Counted from the stretch's first letter, positions 41,937 to 52,085 are shown. The stretch is DNA of 64,000 nt from Promethearchaeota archaeon (GCA_016839705.1 JAEOTR010000041.1:1-64000); one strand, 5' to 3'. Made by a program: numbers and translations. Notes: a model not told the origin generated them from the sequence alone.

Positions 41937-43046
41937 ATGAGTAAAAAAAAAGAGGATAATGGCGTAATCATTACCTATACGGATGATGTTATTAAGGAAC
42001 GTCTAGGTAAATATGGGGCAGTTTATTTTTCTGCAGATATCAAAGAATCTGTAGAAGATATTTTAGGGAATGAAGTTAAGAAGGAATTACTAGACGATTT
42101 CTTTAAAGCTTTAATGAAGTATGACGAATTTATGGAACAATTAAAAAATACAAAATTAAATCCTAATTTAACAGTACTTTTATATGGTCCTCCAGGTACT
42201 GGTAAAACATCATTAACAAGAGGATTTGCTAAGAAATATAATATTCCCTTATGTGTTGTAGAATCTGATAGACTTGTATCTCCATTACTCGGAGATACGA
42301 TAAAAAATATAAGAGGTGTTGTTGAACTTGCATCAGAAATTTCAAAGGATAGAGGAGCTTTTATTCTTTTTTTTGATGAAATTGATGCTATTGGTTCTGA
42401 AAGATCTAATATTCACGAAGTTGGAGAAATTAAACGCGCGGTAATATCTTTTCTACAAGTTATTGACAGAGTTAATTATGAGGGTGTACCATTAGCGATA
42501 TTTGGAGCAACTAACCATCAACATCAACTTGATTCTGCGATATGGCGTCGTTTCACCTTCCATTTCAGATTTGACTTCCCTAATTACCAATTGCGAAAAA
42601 AGATAATTGAATCTTTTCTCGATAAGATAAAAGATGCAAAAATAGGCATCGATAATTCCATATTTACAAATTTGAATTCCGAATATGATGAAATACAAAC
42701 AATACATAAAAATTTAGAAAATAAACTAGGGCATAAAATTTCTGAGTTTGATGATGATATGTTATGGGATGAGATCACCAAAAAACATAAGAGGGAGGGT
42801 CTGTTAAAATTGACTTATGGTTATTCTGGGTCTGATATTGAAAGAGGAACAAGAGTGGCATTATTTAAGGCAATTAATGCGGAACTTCTTACCCATGATA
42901 TTTTCTATAACTCCCTAAGACTAGTTGGAGGCACTGCTATTCATGTTCAAAGACAAGACATACTGAGTAGTGATAGAAATTTAGCAAGAGGAACCAGAAA
43001 TTCTAAGGAAGAACGAAAAGATTTACCCTCTCCCCCCGAAATTTAG
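41937..43046 (+). CDS. Single-domain AAA+ ATPase (classic clade), operon gene 5
   Basis: GPPGTGKT, FFDEID, ATN..LDSAIWRRF and GYSGSDI. Confidence 0.93.
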   Translation: MSKKKEDNGVIITYTDDVIKERLGKYGAVYFSADIKESVEDILGNEVKKELLDDFFKALMKYDEFMEQLKNTKLNPNLTVLLYGPPGTGKTSLTRGFAKKYNIPLCVVESDRLVSPLLGDTIKNIRGVVELASEISKDRGAFILFFDEIDAIGSERSNIHEVGEIKRAVISFLQVIDRVNYEGVPLAIFGATNHQHQLDSAIWRRFTFHFRFDFPNYQLRKKIIESFLDKIKDAKIGIDNSIFTNLNSEYDEIQTIHKNLENKLGHKISEFDDDMLWDEITKKHKREGLLKLTYGYSGSDIERGTRVALFKAINAELLTHDIFYNSLRLVGGTAIHVQRQDILSSDRNLARGTRNSKEERKDLPSPPEI

Positions 43047-43070
43047 TGATATTAAATATATTGACTTGCT

Positions 43071-44111
43071 ATGAAAGAAAATCAAGTATTTAATCTTGAA
43101 AAGATTAAGGACCTCACCGCTTCTATTGATGTGCTCCAAGCTAGAGTTCATCAATTAACAGAAAAATCGTTGAAAGCTGAAACCTGGAAAAAATTATTGA
43201 TAGAAAGTTTTTCAGGAGAAAATAATCTTTCTCAAACTGATATTATCTCAGATTTATTAGTAAATATAAGCAAAAAGTTACAAAAAATTGCGAGGGAAAA
43301 TATTGGTCAATTTTTAAACTTTCAAGAAGGATTAATAAGAAAATATAAAGAAATCAACCAGCAGAAATTAAAGAAAATAAAACTAGATGAAGATTCATTG
43401 AGAAGAATAGGTTTATTTCTAATTGAAAATAGAAATATAAGCAAGTTAATTCATCAAATTTCCTACACTCCTTCTTTAGAAGTTTCTTTATGGATAGAAA
43501 TCTTAGACTCGCTCCAACAAAACTCTTTGTTTTTAAAAATAATGAAAAGAATCGCACTATATAGAGAAAATTTAATACACGATAAACTCAAAATAGAAAT
43601 CAAAAAAATTCCTAAAGATACGGAAACATCTTTAGTAAATGAATATGAAAAAGCTTTTTTAGAAGATCCTGAGTTGTCTTTTAAGGAATTTCTTCAAATC
43701 ATCGAGAACAATTTAACTCAACAAGAATTAAAAGAAAAAAGAATATTTTTAAAAGAAGCAAAAGAAAAAGAAGAATTAGAAAATTTGAAAAAAAATCAAG
43801 AGGAACACAAAGAAACTTATAATGATTATCTCAAATTATCTGATAGTGAATTCAAGAGAAAAAGGCGTAAGAAATCTAGAGAAAAATTAAAATCCATAAC
43901 AATAGATACCAAAGAAATAAAAGAAATAGAGATTAGTGATGAAATCACTGAAAAAATTGAAAAATTTAAATCTAAGTTTGACAAAACTTTCGAAGAAAAA
44001 TATTTAATTCAAAAAGATGATGAAAAAGATCCTCTTGATCTAGTAAGGGAAAGAAAAAGAAAAAAGGAAAGTGAATACAAGCAGTATAAAGATCATTTTG
44101 AAGAAAACTAA
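43071..44111 (+). CDS. Charged coiled-coil hypothetical protein, operon gene 6
   Basis: 346 aa; E/K-rich C-terminal half. Confidence 0.8.
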   Translation: MKENQVFNLEKIKDLTASIDVLQARVHQLTEKSLKAETWKKLLIESFSGENNLSQTDIISDLLVNISKKLQKIARENIGQFLNFQEGLIRKYKEINQQKLKKIKLDEDSLRRIGLFLIENRNISKLIHQISYTPSLEVSLWIEILDSLQQNSLFLKIMKRIALYRENLIHDKLKIEIKKIPKDTETSLVNEYEKAFLEDPELSFKEFLQIIENNLTQQELKEKRIFLKEAKEKEELENLKKNQEEHKETYNDYLKLSDSEFKRKRRKKSREKLKSITIDTKEIKEIEISDEITEKIEKFKSKFDKTFEEKYLIQKDDEKDPLDLVRERKRKKESEYKQYKDHFEEN

Positions 44112-44123
44112 TTAATAATTTAG

Positions 44124-45752
44124 AAGTGTTGTAAGATCCAGACGAAAAATTTCAAAATTTCTATTGGTTCGAAAGAGATATCAATTCAAGAAAGATACAC
44201 TCTAATTAAAGGAATAATTAAAAGAAACCAAATTGAAAATTTAAAAAATGAAGCTTTCACTGGAGTTCTAAAAGAATTAAATATAATTTCTCTTGACAAA
44301 TTCATTAATCTCTATCAAGGTCGATCTGATAAATTCAACAAACTAGAGAAATCTCTTGAAATATTGAATCTATTTGAAGAATTTAATAATATTCTGGAAA
44401 AAAATATTGAAACTATTTCTCAATATTTCGAATTTATCCAATCTATGATTCTGATATTAAGATCGAAGATACTCCTAAAAAATAGAGAACAATTATTAAA
44501 AGAATTAGAAATTACAGAAAGGTTTAAACAATCTAGCGACGTTAAAGCCATTACAAATCTTTTGCAAAAATTAAACGAGTCTATGGATGATAATAAGAAG
44601 AAAATAAAATATTTAGAAGAAGATTACTTACAACGAAAAAACCAAAATAACCAGTTTATAAAGCAAAAAACTGATTTTATCTCAAGGATACAAGAACTAA
44701 CTCAACTAAAAAAAAGTTGTTTTAGTCAAATTAATAAAATCACTCGAGAGATGTCGGGGAATTCTATAGACAAGAAAGAGAAATTAAATGGAATAATTGA
44801 AATTGATAATAATATGACTAATGCTCAAAAAATAAGAGCTCTCCAAACGAAGGCAAAAGAAGTACAAATTGAGATTAGGGAACTCAATTCAAATCTAGGT
44901 GACTTGAATTTAAGATATGAAGAGTTTAATCCGATTTATCAGACTTATAAACAGGACTACAATAATCTTATTGAAATTATTAATAATGATGCAAATAAAA
45001 TTGAGGAATTGCAATTTAAGCTTAGAGAGGAGGTTAAAGAAAGTGAAAACGATAGTTCCCAGACCTATGATGACCTTGATTTGAAGTCAATACGATCAAA
45101 ACAAGAAATTGAAGAAGCTATTAAAAATACGACTTCTGAGATAAAATCACTATCAATTCCCAATAATTTAATTAACTCTAAAAACCCAGAAGATTTATCA
45201 CTTGTAATAGAAAAGTTAAATCATTTTAATGATACAGCAAGCACTTTGGAGAAAGATGTTAGAATAAGTAAGGAAGAAGCTGAACTTGAGGAGATTTTTG
45301 AATCTTTTCAAAAGTTAGAGATGGTTATTTCTGATCTTGAACATCTTATTAATATCTTTTTATCGAAAATTAATCTAGAATCACATTTCCAAATTCTATT
45401 AAATGATAATAATAAGATGTTTTATATTCAATCATCTTTTACTCGGAATAATAAAGAAAAACTTATTTTCGATAAATTAACTACCCCAGAGAAGATATTT
45501 TTTATTATTATCTATTTTATTTCAATCGAAATCCAACTTAAAAATAACAATATAGTTTTTTCAAATCAATTTATACCAAGTAATTATAATAAAGCAGGTT
45601 CCATTTATAGAACAATTAGAAAAATAATCCCTCTTTTTGAAAGTGAGGATTTTTCAGAATTTAACTTAATATTTATTCTATCAAATTTAGAAATGAAAAA
45701 AGAAATTAAAAATTTAAAAATAATAACGATTCAAGAAAGTAGTGAAACTTAG
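44124..45752 (+). CDS. Degenerate SMC/Rad50-like coiled-coil protein, operon gene 7 (true start uncertain; track start 44364)
   Basis: Frame open from 44124: KIQTKNFKISIGSKEISIQERYTLIKG resembles an SMC N-terminal head; long coiled coil; C-terminal LTTPEK resembles the LSGGEK signature. Confidence 0.6.
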   Translation, partial: KCCKIQTKNFKISIGSKEISIQERYTLIKGIIKRNQIENLKNEAFTGVLKELNIISLDKFINLYQGRSDKFNKLEKSLEILNLFEEFNNILEKNIETISQYFEFIQSMILILRSKILLKNREQLLKELEITERFKQSSDVKAITNLLQKLNESMDDNKKKIKYLEEDYLQRKNQNNQFIKQKTDFISRIQELTQLKKSCFSQINKITREMSGNSIDKKEKLNGIIEIDNNMTNAQKIRALQTKAKEVQIEIRELNSNLGDLNLRYEEFNPIYQTYKQDYNNLIEIINNDANKIEELQFKLREEVKESENDSSQTYDDLDLKSIRSKQEIEEAIKNTTSEIKSLSIPNNLINSKNPEDLSLVIEKLNHFNDTASTLEKDVRISKEEAELEEIFESFQKLEMVISDLEHLINIFLSKINLESHFQILLNDNNKMFYIQSSFTRNNKEKLIFDKLTTPEKIFFIIIYFISIEIQLKNNNIVFSNQFIPSNYNKAGSIYRTIRKIIPLFESEDFSEFNLIFILSNLEMKKEIKNLKIITIQESSET

Positions 45753-46263
45753 AATGGAATTGGAAAATGTTGAAGAAGTAATAAGGAATGTTACTAAAAT
45801 TATCTTAACTAATCCCCAAAAAATGATAAGAGAAGAAGATTTGAAAAATTTGAGCAGAGATTTTAACTTTGATTTTGTAATGAGTCAAATTTATGTAAAA
45901 TTACAAGATATTGGTTTTGAATTAATCAAAACAACATTTCTTGAACAAAAATTTTATATTTTAACCTCTGAGGGTAAGGATGATAATGTTACACCATCGC
46001 AATACGGTACTTTAGCTTTAATAGTTGCTCTAAGCAAAGAAGTTGATGAGAATATAAAAATTGAGGATTTAAAAGAGATTTTTGCTGAAACATGGGATAG
46101 TGACATTCAATTTTTAATTGATAATGATTATCTTAGAAAATTTGAAGAACTAGGGATAATAAAAGTGGCACCATTGGGGAAAGCTATCATGAAAAATATC
46201 ATTGGCGATATCCAATTAAAGAATTTACTAGAGTTGTTTAAGGAAGACCATCAAAATGAATAA
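45742..46263 (+). CDS. Tandem winged-helix protein (kite/ScpB/Nse-like), operon gene 8
   Basis: LQDIGFELI..FYIL linker, then IQFLIDNDYL..KVAPLGK; overlaps the SMC-like gene. Confidence 0.6.
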   Translation: MKLRMELENVEEVIRNVTKIILTNPQKMIREEDLKNLSRDFNFDFVMSQIYVKLQDIGFELIKTTFLEQKFYILTSEGKDDNVTPSQYGTLALIVALSKEVDENIKIEDLKEIFAETWDSDIQFLIDNDYLRKFEELGIIKVAPLGKAIMKNIIGDIQLKNLLELFKEDHQNE

Positions 46264-46281
46264 AATTATACTCATTTTATT

Positions 46282-47490
46282 TCAAATAATAATATCAACG
46301 ATGTTTTGTTGTAGTATTTGTGGCATTAGTCCGAATGCCTCTATCCCATCAACCGAAATGGCATTTGGGAATGCTTTTTTCATTATATTATATGCTCCAT
46401 TCACGTCAGCATTGAGTAGAACACCTTTGGAGGTTTTGAACAGACCTCTGGAAATTCTTTTTCCTACATAGGTTTCATGTTTTCCAATCGGTTCATTATC
46501 CAAGAAAGAGCATTTAGAAGTATGATTTTCATTAACAGTTAAAACATGAATTCCTTTTAATTGAGCTTTATATTCGATTTGTTTTACTAATTTCAAGAAA
46601 GGGATTTGCACAAATTTCTGATTATTTTTTTTTCCAATATTAATCTTCTGCTTCCATCCATGATTATAACCTATTATAATTGTTCCAATGTTATGTAAAG
46701 TGCAATATTCAATTATACTCTTAGAGATTCGATGAAATAATGTAGTAAGTTTATTGTTTCGAGTTAAATGGAGTTTTTGAATCCGTTTTGTATCATTAAA
46801 ATTGCCTTTCTTACTTTCAATACTCCTATAATATGCTAATTGCTTGTTATAATATTGATTTATAGATTTTATCATCCCACCCTTAATAATAAATGGTTTA
46901 CATCCATTATTATTTACAGCAGTTATGAGATTATTTAATCCTAAATCAATGCTTAGCAAATGATCTTTATCTAATCTTAAATCATTCTCTTTTTTTTCAT
47001 AAACAAGCTCAACTTTATATTTTACTCCTAAAGGGATTATCCTTACTTCTTTTAATCTTTCTGTAATTCTTGTTTTAATTGGGTTAATATTTACTCTTTT
47101 TGGAAAGTGTATATATCCTTGTTTTATCGTGCATTGCTGATTGGTGAAAATTACTACAGATTCCCCCTTTTTCTTTTTATATCCTGGAATTTTAGGTCTT
47201 CTTTTAAATTTCCTAAAATCAAGCCTATACTCCTTGAGACCTTTAAAATATGATTTCCAATTTCTGTTCACGTATTTGAGGATTTGCTGTGATGTCTGAG
47301 AAGGAAGACTTTGGTAAGCTTGTTTGTTTTTAAGAATGAAATCTAAGTCATAATAAGTTAAAAGATTATTGAGATTAAAAAAATCTTGTCTAACATACCA
47401 ATTAGCTAAATTGTAAAGGTTTTTAGCTAAATGACATATTGTTGATAATTCTAATGAATATTCTACTTGGATAACTTCAGTTAATCTCAT
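46282..47490 (-). mobile_element. tnpB: Solo TnpB (IS200/IS605/IS607 superfamily, IS1341-like, no tnpA)
   Basis: KNLYN, SIDLGLNNL, ENHTSKCS and NADVNGAYNI; sits between convergent housekeeping blocks. Confidence 0.93.
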
Positions 47491-47642
47491 TTTAATACTA
47501 GTGAAAAACCATTGCTATTTAATGAAATATAGTATCCATAATAACTGATTTTTCCAATAATAATATCAAATGAATACAAAAGATATAACTTATGGAAAAT
47601 ATATTTACTATAAAATAAATTAAAAAATTTGAAAATAAATTG

Positions 47643-48059
47643 TTAGTCTTCAAGATCCATTTTAAATTGCTCGTAAATTTTTCTAACTCTGTCTGCCGAA
47701 GGCCCTTCTCCACGTACGCCTGATTCATCGACTATAATTTTCCCACTCAATATTGAGATTATGTTTTGATCTTCAATATAATTCACATGTCCTTTCGAGA
47801 AAATAGTGGCTATCCGTTCGCTAAGCGCAACCATAGGAAAGGGTTCTTCTTCTAAACTCACAAAATTATAAAAATTACTCCTTATAAACAATTTTGGGAA
47901 TGTTTTATTTTTTTCATTTTTCACATTAATAAGGATAAGGTTTGAATCTTCTGAGATTCCTTTTAATTGGCCAACAAAAAATTTATCCTTATCAATGTAT
48001 ACTTTAACGATTTTATCAATAAGCGTTGCTAACTCAGTATTATATTGTCTAAATGACAT
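47643..48059 (-). CDS. Sm-like protein with C-terminal domain (SmAP3 type)
   Basis: Sm1 motif GQLKGI...NLIL plus C-terminal V.ESGV.G.GP.A.RV..IY. Confidence 0.88.
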   Translation of the reverse strand: MSFRQYNTELATLIDKIVKVYIDKDKFFVGQLKGISEDSNLILINVKNEKNKTFPKLFIRSNFYNFVSLEEEPFPMVALSERIATIFSKGHVNYIEDQNIISILSGKIIVDESGVRGEGPSADRVRKIYEQFKMDLED

Positions 48060-48122
48060 AATTCATACAACAGAACATTTTTACTTATTATAATATTATT
48101 TTCTTTCGTTTTTATTCTTAAT

Positions 48123-48785
48123 TTAAATAAATAACTCATTTATTAGTTTCTCAATATTTTCTTCAGTTAAAGCACTTGTTGTAATAATCTTAAGGTTTGG
48201 ATTGATTTTTTCTGCATCTTTTATCATTTCTTCTATGTTTACATCCATTACATCTCTTAAATCTATTTTATTAATTACTGCTATATCCGAAGACTTGAAC
48301 AACATTGGATGTTTGCGTATAACCCATGGACCTTCTGTTATAGAAACTATAACTACTCTCTTATCAGCACCTAGTATAAAATCTGATGGGCAGATTAAAT
48401 TCCCAACATTCTCAATAAAAAGAATATCAATCTGCTGTAAATCATGATTTTTTATTACCTGCGAAATATGATACGAATTTAACGAACACTCTCTACCGGT
48501 GTTAATTTGAATTGAGGTAACTCCATGTTTACTAATTCTATCGGCATCAATTCTTGTAGTTACATCACCATTAATAACAAGAATTCGATATTCCTTGGAG
48601 ACCCTCCTTATTATCGCTTCGATTAGTGCTGTTTTTCCTGCACCAATTGCTCCTACGAAATCAATAGATTTTATTTTAAGTTCGTTTAAAACCTTCCTAT
48701 TTTTTTCAGCTAATCTATCATTATTAGCAAGTAAATCCTCATTTAACTCAATTACTTTGGAGATCTCCTTGTCAGACATTATCAA
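48123..48785 (-). CDS. hypB: Hydrogenase nickel-incorporation GTPase HypB
   Basis: GAIGAGKT, INTG.EC, ENVGNLICP, KHP and NKID. Confidence 0.93.
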   Translation of the reverse strand: MIMSDKEISKVIELNEDLLANNDRLAEKNRKVLNELKIKSIDFVGAIGAGKTALIEAIIRRVSKEYRILVINGDVTTRIDADRISKHGVTSIQINTGRECSLNSYHISQVIKNHDLQQIDILFIENVGNLICPSDFILGADKRVVIVSITEGPWVIRKHPMLFKSSDIAVINKIDLRDVMDVNIEEMIKDAEKINPNLKIITTSALTEENIEKLINELFI

Positions 48786-48880
48786 ATTTTTATATATGAG
48801 TTGAAATCAAATAAATTACGAAAATAAAATCATTGTCATTGATATTTTTTATGGATATAAAAGAAAAGTTACAAAATCTT

Positions 48881-49834
48881 TTATCTCCCTAATTGGATTC
48901 TATATACAATGTATGCTCCCAAAATCCCACCTAGATCCGGTAAATAAAACAAAATATATATAGGATCACTAAGCGCAAGTAATAACCCCGGCAATAATCT
49001 GAACAGGATTATTATATATAAAAATGTTCTTCCTTTCAATCTAATTGGAAGAAAATACATCATTGCAGTAATCTGTTGATTCATAATAGGAAAAAGTGAA
49101 TAAGACAATATTCCTAATATTCCACCCCACGCAAATCCAACAAATATTGAATTCTCAATCCTATCTATTGGTATATAAAAATGCAAAGATAATCTCATTA
49201 TAATATAAAACAACGCAGAAAATAAGCTACTTATGATATACAACTTAAATAAAAATTTAGGGCCTTTTCTTGCTTCAATATTTCTTGCCATAAAATAAAG
49301 AAACATTAACATTATAATCAATAAGAAAAATCCAAAAAAATCAATTTCACTTATAAAAAGACTTGTAATAAATGTATGGTAAGTAAAATCAAAGATTAGA
49401 CCGTATAAACTCAAATAAATATATTGAGGAAGCCCATAAAGACCAAAAATTATCCCAACAATTGAAAAAACGATAATCATTACAAATAATGTCTTTGTGC
49501 CTGAAAATTGAGTAGACTTTTTATAAAGTTGTTGGCTACTCTCATAAGTCTTTAAGGTTTTCTTTCTTTCTCGATCCTGTCTTTTTAGATATTTTTTTAA
49601 TGCCTTTGGGCCTTGATCTAAATATTCTTGAGATTTAGGTTTTTGTAAATCTACATCTGGATAGCGTTTCTTTGTGCTTTTTGGAGTGGTGGGTGCAACT
49701 GATACATGCTTTAATTCAAATGTACATTCATGATTTTCAGGCAATCTATGTTTCTTACAAAAAGTTCCACCACAATATTTACAAGTAAAAGGTAGATATC
49801 CAATCTGTTCACCACAAAACTCACAATACGTCAA
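48881..49834 (-). CDS. AN1 zinc finger plus rhomboid-like membrane domain (catalytic dyad absent)
   Basis: C..C....[22 protein letters not shown]; about 6 TMs; IE...G...F..LY rhomboid pattern. Confidence 0.8.
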   Translation of the reverse strand: MTYCEFCGEQIGYLPFTCKYCGGTFCKKHRLPENHECTFELKHVSVAPTTPKSTKKRYPDVDLQKPKSQEYLDQGPKALKKYLKRQDRERKKTLKTYESSQQLYKKSTQFSGTKTLFVMIIVFSIVGIIFGLYGLPQYIYLSLYGLIFDFTYHTFITSLFISEIDFFGFFLLIIMLMFLYFMARNIEARKGPKFLFKLYIISSLFSALFYIIMRLSLHFYIPIDRIENSIFVGFAWGGILGILSYSLFPIMNQQITAMMYFLPIRLKGRTFLYIIILFRLLPGLLLALSDPIYILFYLPDLGGILGAYIVYRIQLGR

Positions 49835-50013
49835 TATGAATCACAGTAGAATTTTTCAATCGTTTACCTTTTGGTTTGATAAAAAAGTACCCATAATATA
49901 ATTTTAAAAAATTATTATCCTTGATAATTTTTTAGGTTTTTTTTGTTATTTTAAATTATTATTTGAATTTCTAAGTCTTCAAAAAGAAATTCAGATTGTA
50001 AATCAACTGAAGA

Positions 50014-50979
50014 TTAAAGTGTTATACCACCTTGAGTTAGAACTAAAGTTACAATCAACATTCCCACCAGAGATACGGCTAAGAATATGTAGACTTTTTT
50101 GTTCCACTTCCAAATATTTTGACCATCCAAAATCCCAATGGGGATCATATTAAACGAACCTAACATGAAATTTAAATAAGCAGAAACTACAAATAGGGGA
50201 CCTAATGGGTTAAGGCTTGAAGGGATTAAAAAAGCTATAATAAATAGAATAATCCCATAAACAAGGTTTACAGATGGTCCCGCTGCTTTACATAAACCTG
50301 TTTTTTTACTCACCTTTTCTAGCCCTAAAACTACAACTGCACCTGGTAAAGCTAAAGAAGGTATTGGTATATTTAATAGTCCAGCAACTAGTGAAATAAC
50401 AGTCAATAGCATACCGAATGTAAGAAGTCGAAATTTTGTCTGCAATTTAAAACGTAAAGCTACTTGTCGATGACCGAATTCATGGAAAAGAAAAGCTGTC
50501 ATGTAGATACCTGCTAGCATAAATGTTGTCCAACCATAACCTATGGCAAATAGAACTGGATCATAAAAGATCATAACTCCTATAACGAAAATCAAAACTG
50601 AGGCTATTACAAAATGTATTAACTCTGATAAATGTGGAAATAAGATTCCCTTAAACTTTATCCCGGAATCGGGTTCAAAAGCATTTGCAGGAACGTGAGT
50701 TTCTTGACGAAACCATGTATAAGTCCCGTCTGTTGTCCCACGAGCTACACCCGGAGGTGATTGTTGATACTCCTGTACATGGTGAGTGGGTGAAATTTGA
50801 GTAGATTCAGTATAAGAACTCGTAGGAGGTTGCACTTGTGGAATATTCAGAGCCTCCCTGACAATATTACATTCATGATCTATTGGATCTTTATGAAAAG
50901 AACAATAATCTTGACTACAATTGCTACAAAAAAAAGGTTCTCCCATAATTTCATTTCCACAGTGAGCACATCTTACCAT
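50014..50979 (-). CDS. AN1 zinc finger plus M50 (site-2) intramembrane metalloprotease
   Basis: AN1 Cys/His pattern; HEFGH, AAGP and FNMIPIGILDG. Confidence 0.9.
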   Translation of the reverse strand: MVRCAHCGNEIMGEPFFCSNCSQDYCSFHKDPIDHECNIVREALNIPQVQPPTSSYTESTQISPTHHVQEYQQSPPGVARGTTDGTYTWFRQETHVPANAFEPDSGIKFKGILFPHLSELIHFVIASVLIFVIGVMIFYDPVLFAIGYGWTTFMLAGIYMTAFLFHEFGHRQVALRFKLQTKFRLLTFGMLLTVISLVAGLLNIPIPSLALPGAVVVLGLEKVSKKTGLCKAAGPSVNLVYGIILFIIAFLIPSSLNPLGPLFVVSAYLNFMLGSFNMIPIGILDGQNIWKWNKKVYIFLAVSLVGMLIVTLVLTQGGITL

Positions 50980-51172
50980 TATTATAACCTAATATTATGA
51001 AATTTTTTTTGTGTTATTTTTTAATTAATTTATTATTAAATTCCAAATTTAAAACTTTATTTAGATAGTTAGAGACACTTTTCTTCTGTGCTTATTAACC
51101 TTGTTTTTGCTAAATTTTATTAATGTAAAGTTTACTATTTTAGTAGAGTTAAAGGATTTATAAGTGAGTGTG

Positions 51173-51325
51173 ATGAGTGAGGAAGAAGAACAAGATGAAA
51201 AATCTCTAGAAGAGGAACGACAAAAACTAGCTGAATTAGGTGTGGATAACACTTGGGGATTACTGACATCTGGTGAAAAAAAGAAAGAAGAACCGGAAAA
51301 GAAACCTTTTAGAGGTTTCAAATAA
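51173..51325 (+). CDS. 50-aa charged microprotein (absent from ORF track)
   Basis: MSEEEEQDEKSLEEERQKLAELGVDNTWGLLTSGEKKKEEPEKKPFRGFK; purine-rich coding bias; GTGAG upstream. Confidence 0.7.
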   Translation: MSEEEEQDEKSLEEERQKLAELGVDNTWGLLTSGEKKKEEPEKKPFRGFK

Positions 51326-51416
51326 AAATATAAAACTTTCCTATTTTTACAGAAACAGAATGTAATTATATTTCTAATTACTTAGTATAATTATTATAAC
51401 TTATATAGAAGTCGGG

Positions 51417-51671
51417 TTGATACATACGAAAAAATCAAAAAGAACAGTGTATTGCCCAACCTGTGAGTGTGAAGTTGTATTACGCAGAAAGAATTTTGAA
51501 CACCAATATCATGAGTTACTTTGCTTTCTTGTAATCCTTACAATGGGTATTGGATTTATTATTTATTATCTGTTAAAACATAGCAAAAAACCTAATACAT
51601 GTCCTAATTGTGAAACTGAATTTGACTTGGAAACCCATAAAGAGATTATTATTAAAGAAAGAGATTTTTAA
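51417..51671 (+). CDS. LITAF-like zinc-ribbon membrane protein
   Basis: CPTC - hydrophobic helix - CPNC architecture. Confidence 0.7.
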   Translation: MIHTKKSKRTVYCPTCECEVVLRRKNFEHQYHELLCFLVILTMGIGFIIYYLLKHSKKPNTCPNCETEFDLETHKEIIIKERDF

Positions 51672-51714
51672 ATTCACTACATGACGAAATTGGTAATAAT
51701 TAGACAAAAGAACT

Positions 51715-51975
51715 CTATTTTATTTTCATTTCCTTTTTGCATCTTGGACAAATTTTATCATCTTCAGATAACTGCTTTTTCATAATTATCTTTTGATATT
51801 TGCATTTCGAATTAGGACATGTAAGAGTATATTTTGATAACTTAATATTTGATTTTTCAGGGACTTTAGCGTTATTAGTTTTACTCTCGATTTTTTTCTT
51901 TAGACTTGGAATTGGTGTCTTTCCTTTTGGCTTTAATTCTTCATCCTCTGGTTTAAGCCACTTGTCTAATCCCAC
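51715..51975 (-). CDS. Small zinc-ribbon protein
   Basis: CPNSKC...CPRC; N-terminal GLDKWL. Confidence 0.75.
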   Translation of the reverse strand: MGLDKWLKPEDEELKPKGKTPIPSLKKKIESKTNNAKVPEKSNIKLSKYTLTCPNSKCKYQKIIMKKQLSEDDKICPRCKKEMKIK

Positions 51976-52085
51976 TTGATACTCACTTTAAAAATGCTCT
52001 CTATCAGTAATAAGGAAAAATAGAGCTTTAATATATTTTATAAAAAAGAGAAAAAAATAAAAATTTGTTTATCAAAATTTTCGAA

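Noticed and set aside
44100-44140. BHB intron fusing operon genes 6 and 7
   Set aside because: No convincing 4-bp helix with 3-nt bulges could be drawn
46256-47728. tnpA partner or small ORFs flanking tnpB (46256-46471, 47519-47728)
   Set aside because: No HUH or serine-recombinase motifs; both overlap real genes
51061-51321. 86-aa minus-strand Ser/Phe-rich ORF
   Set aside because: Mirror of the more plausible plus-strand 50-aa ORF
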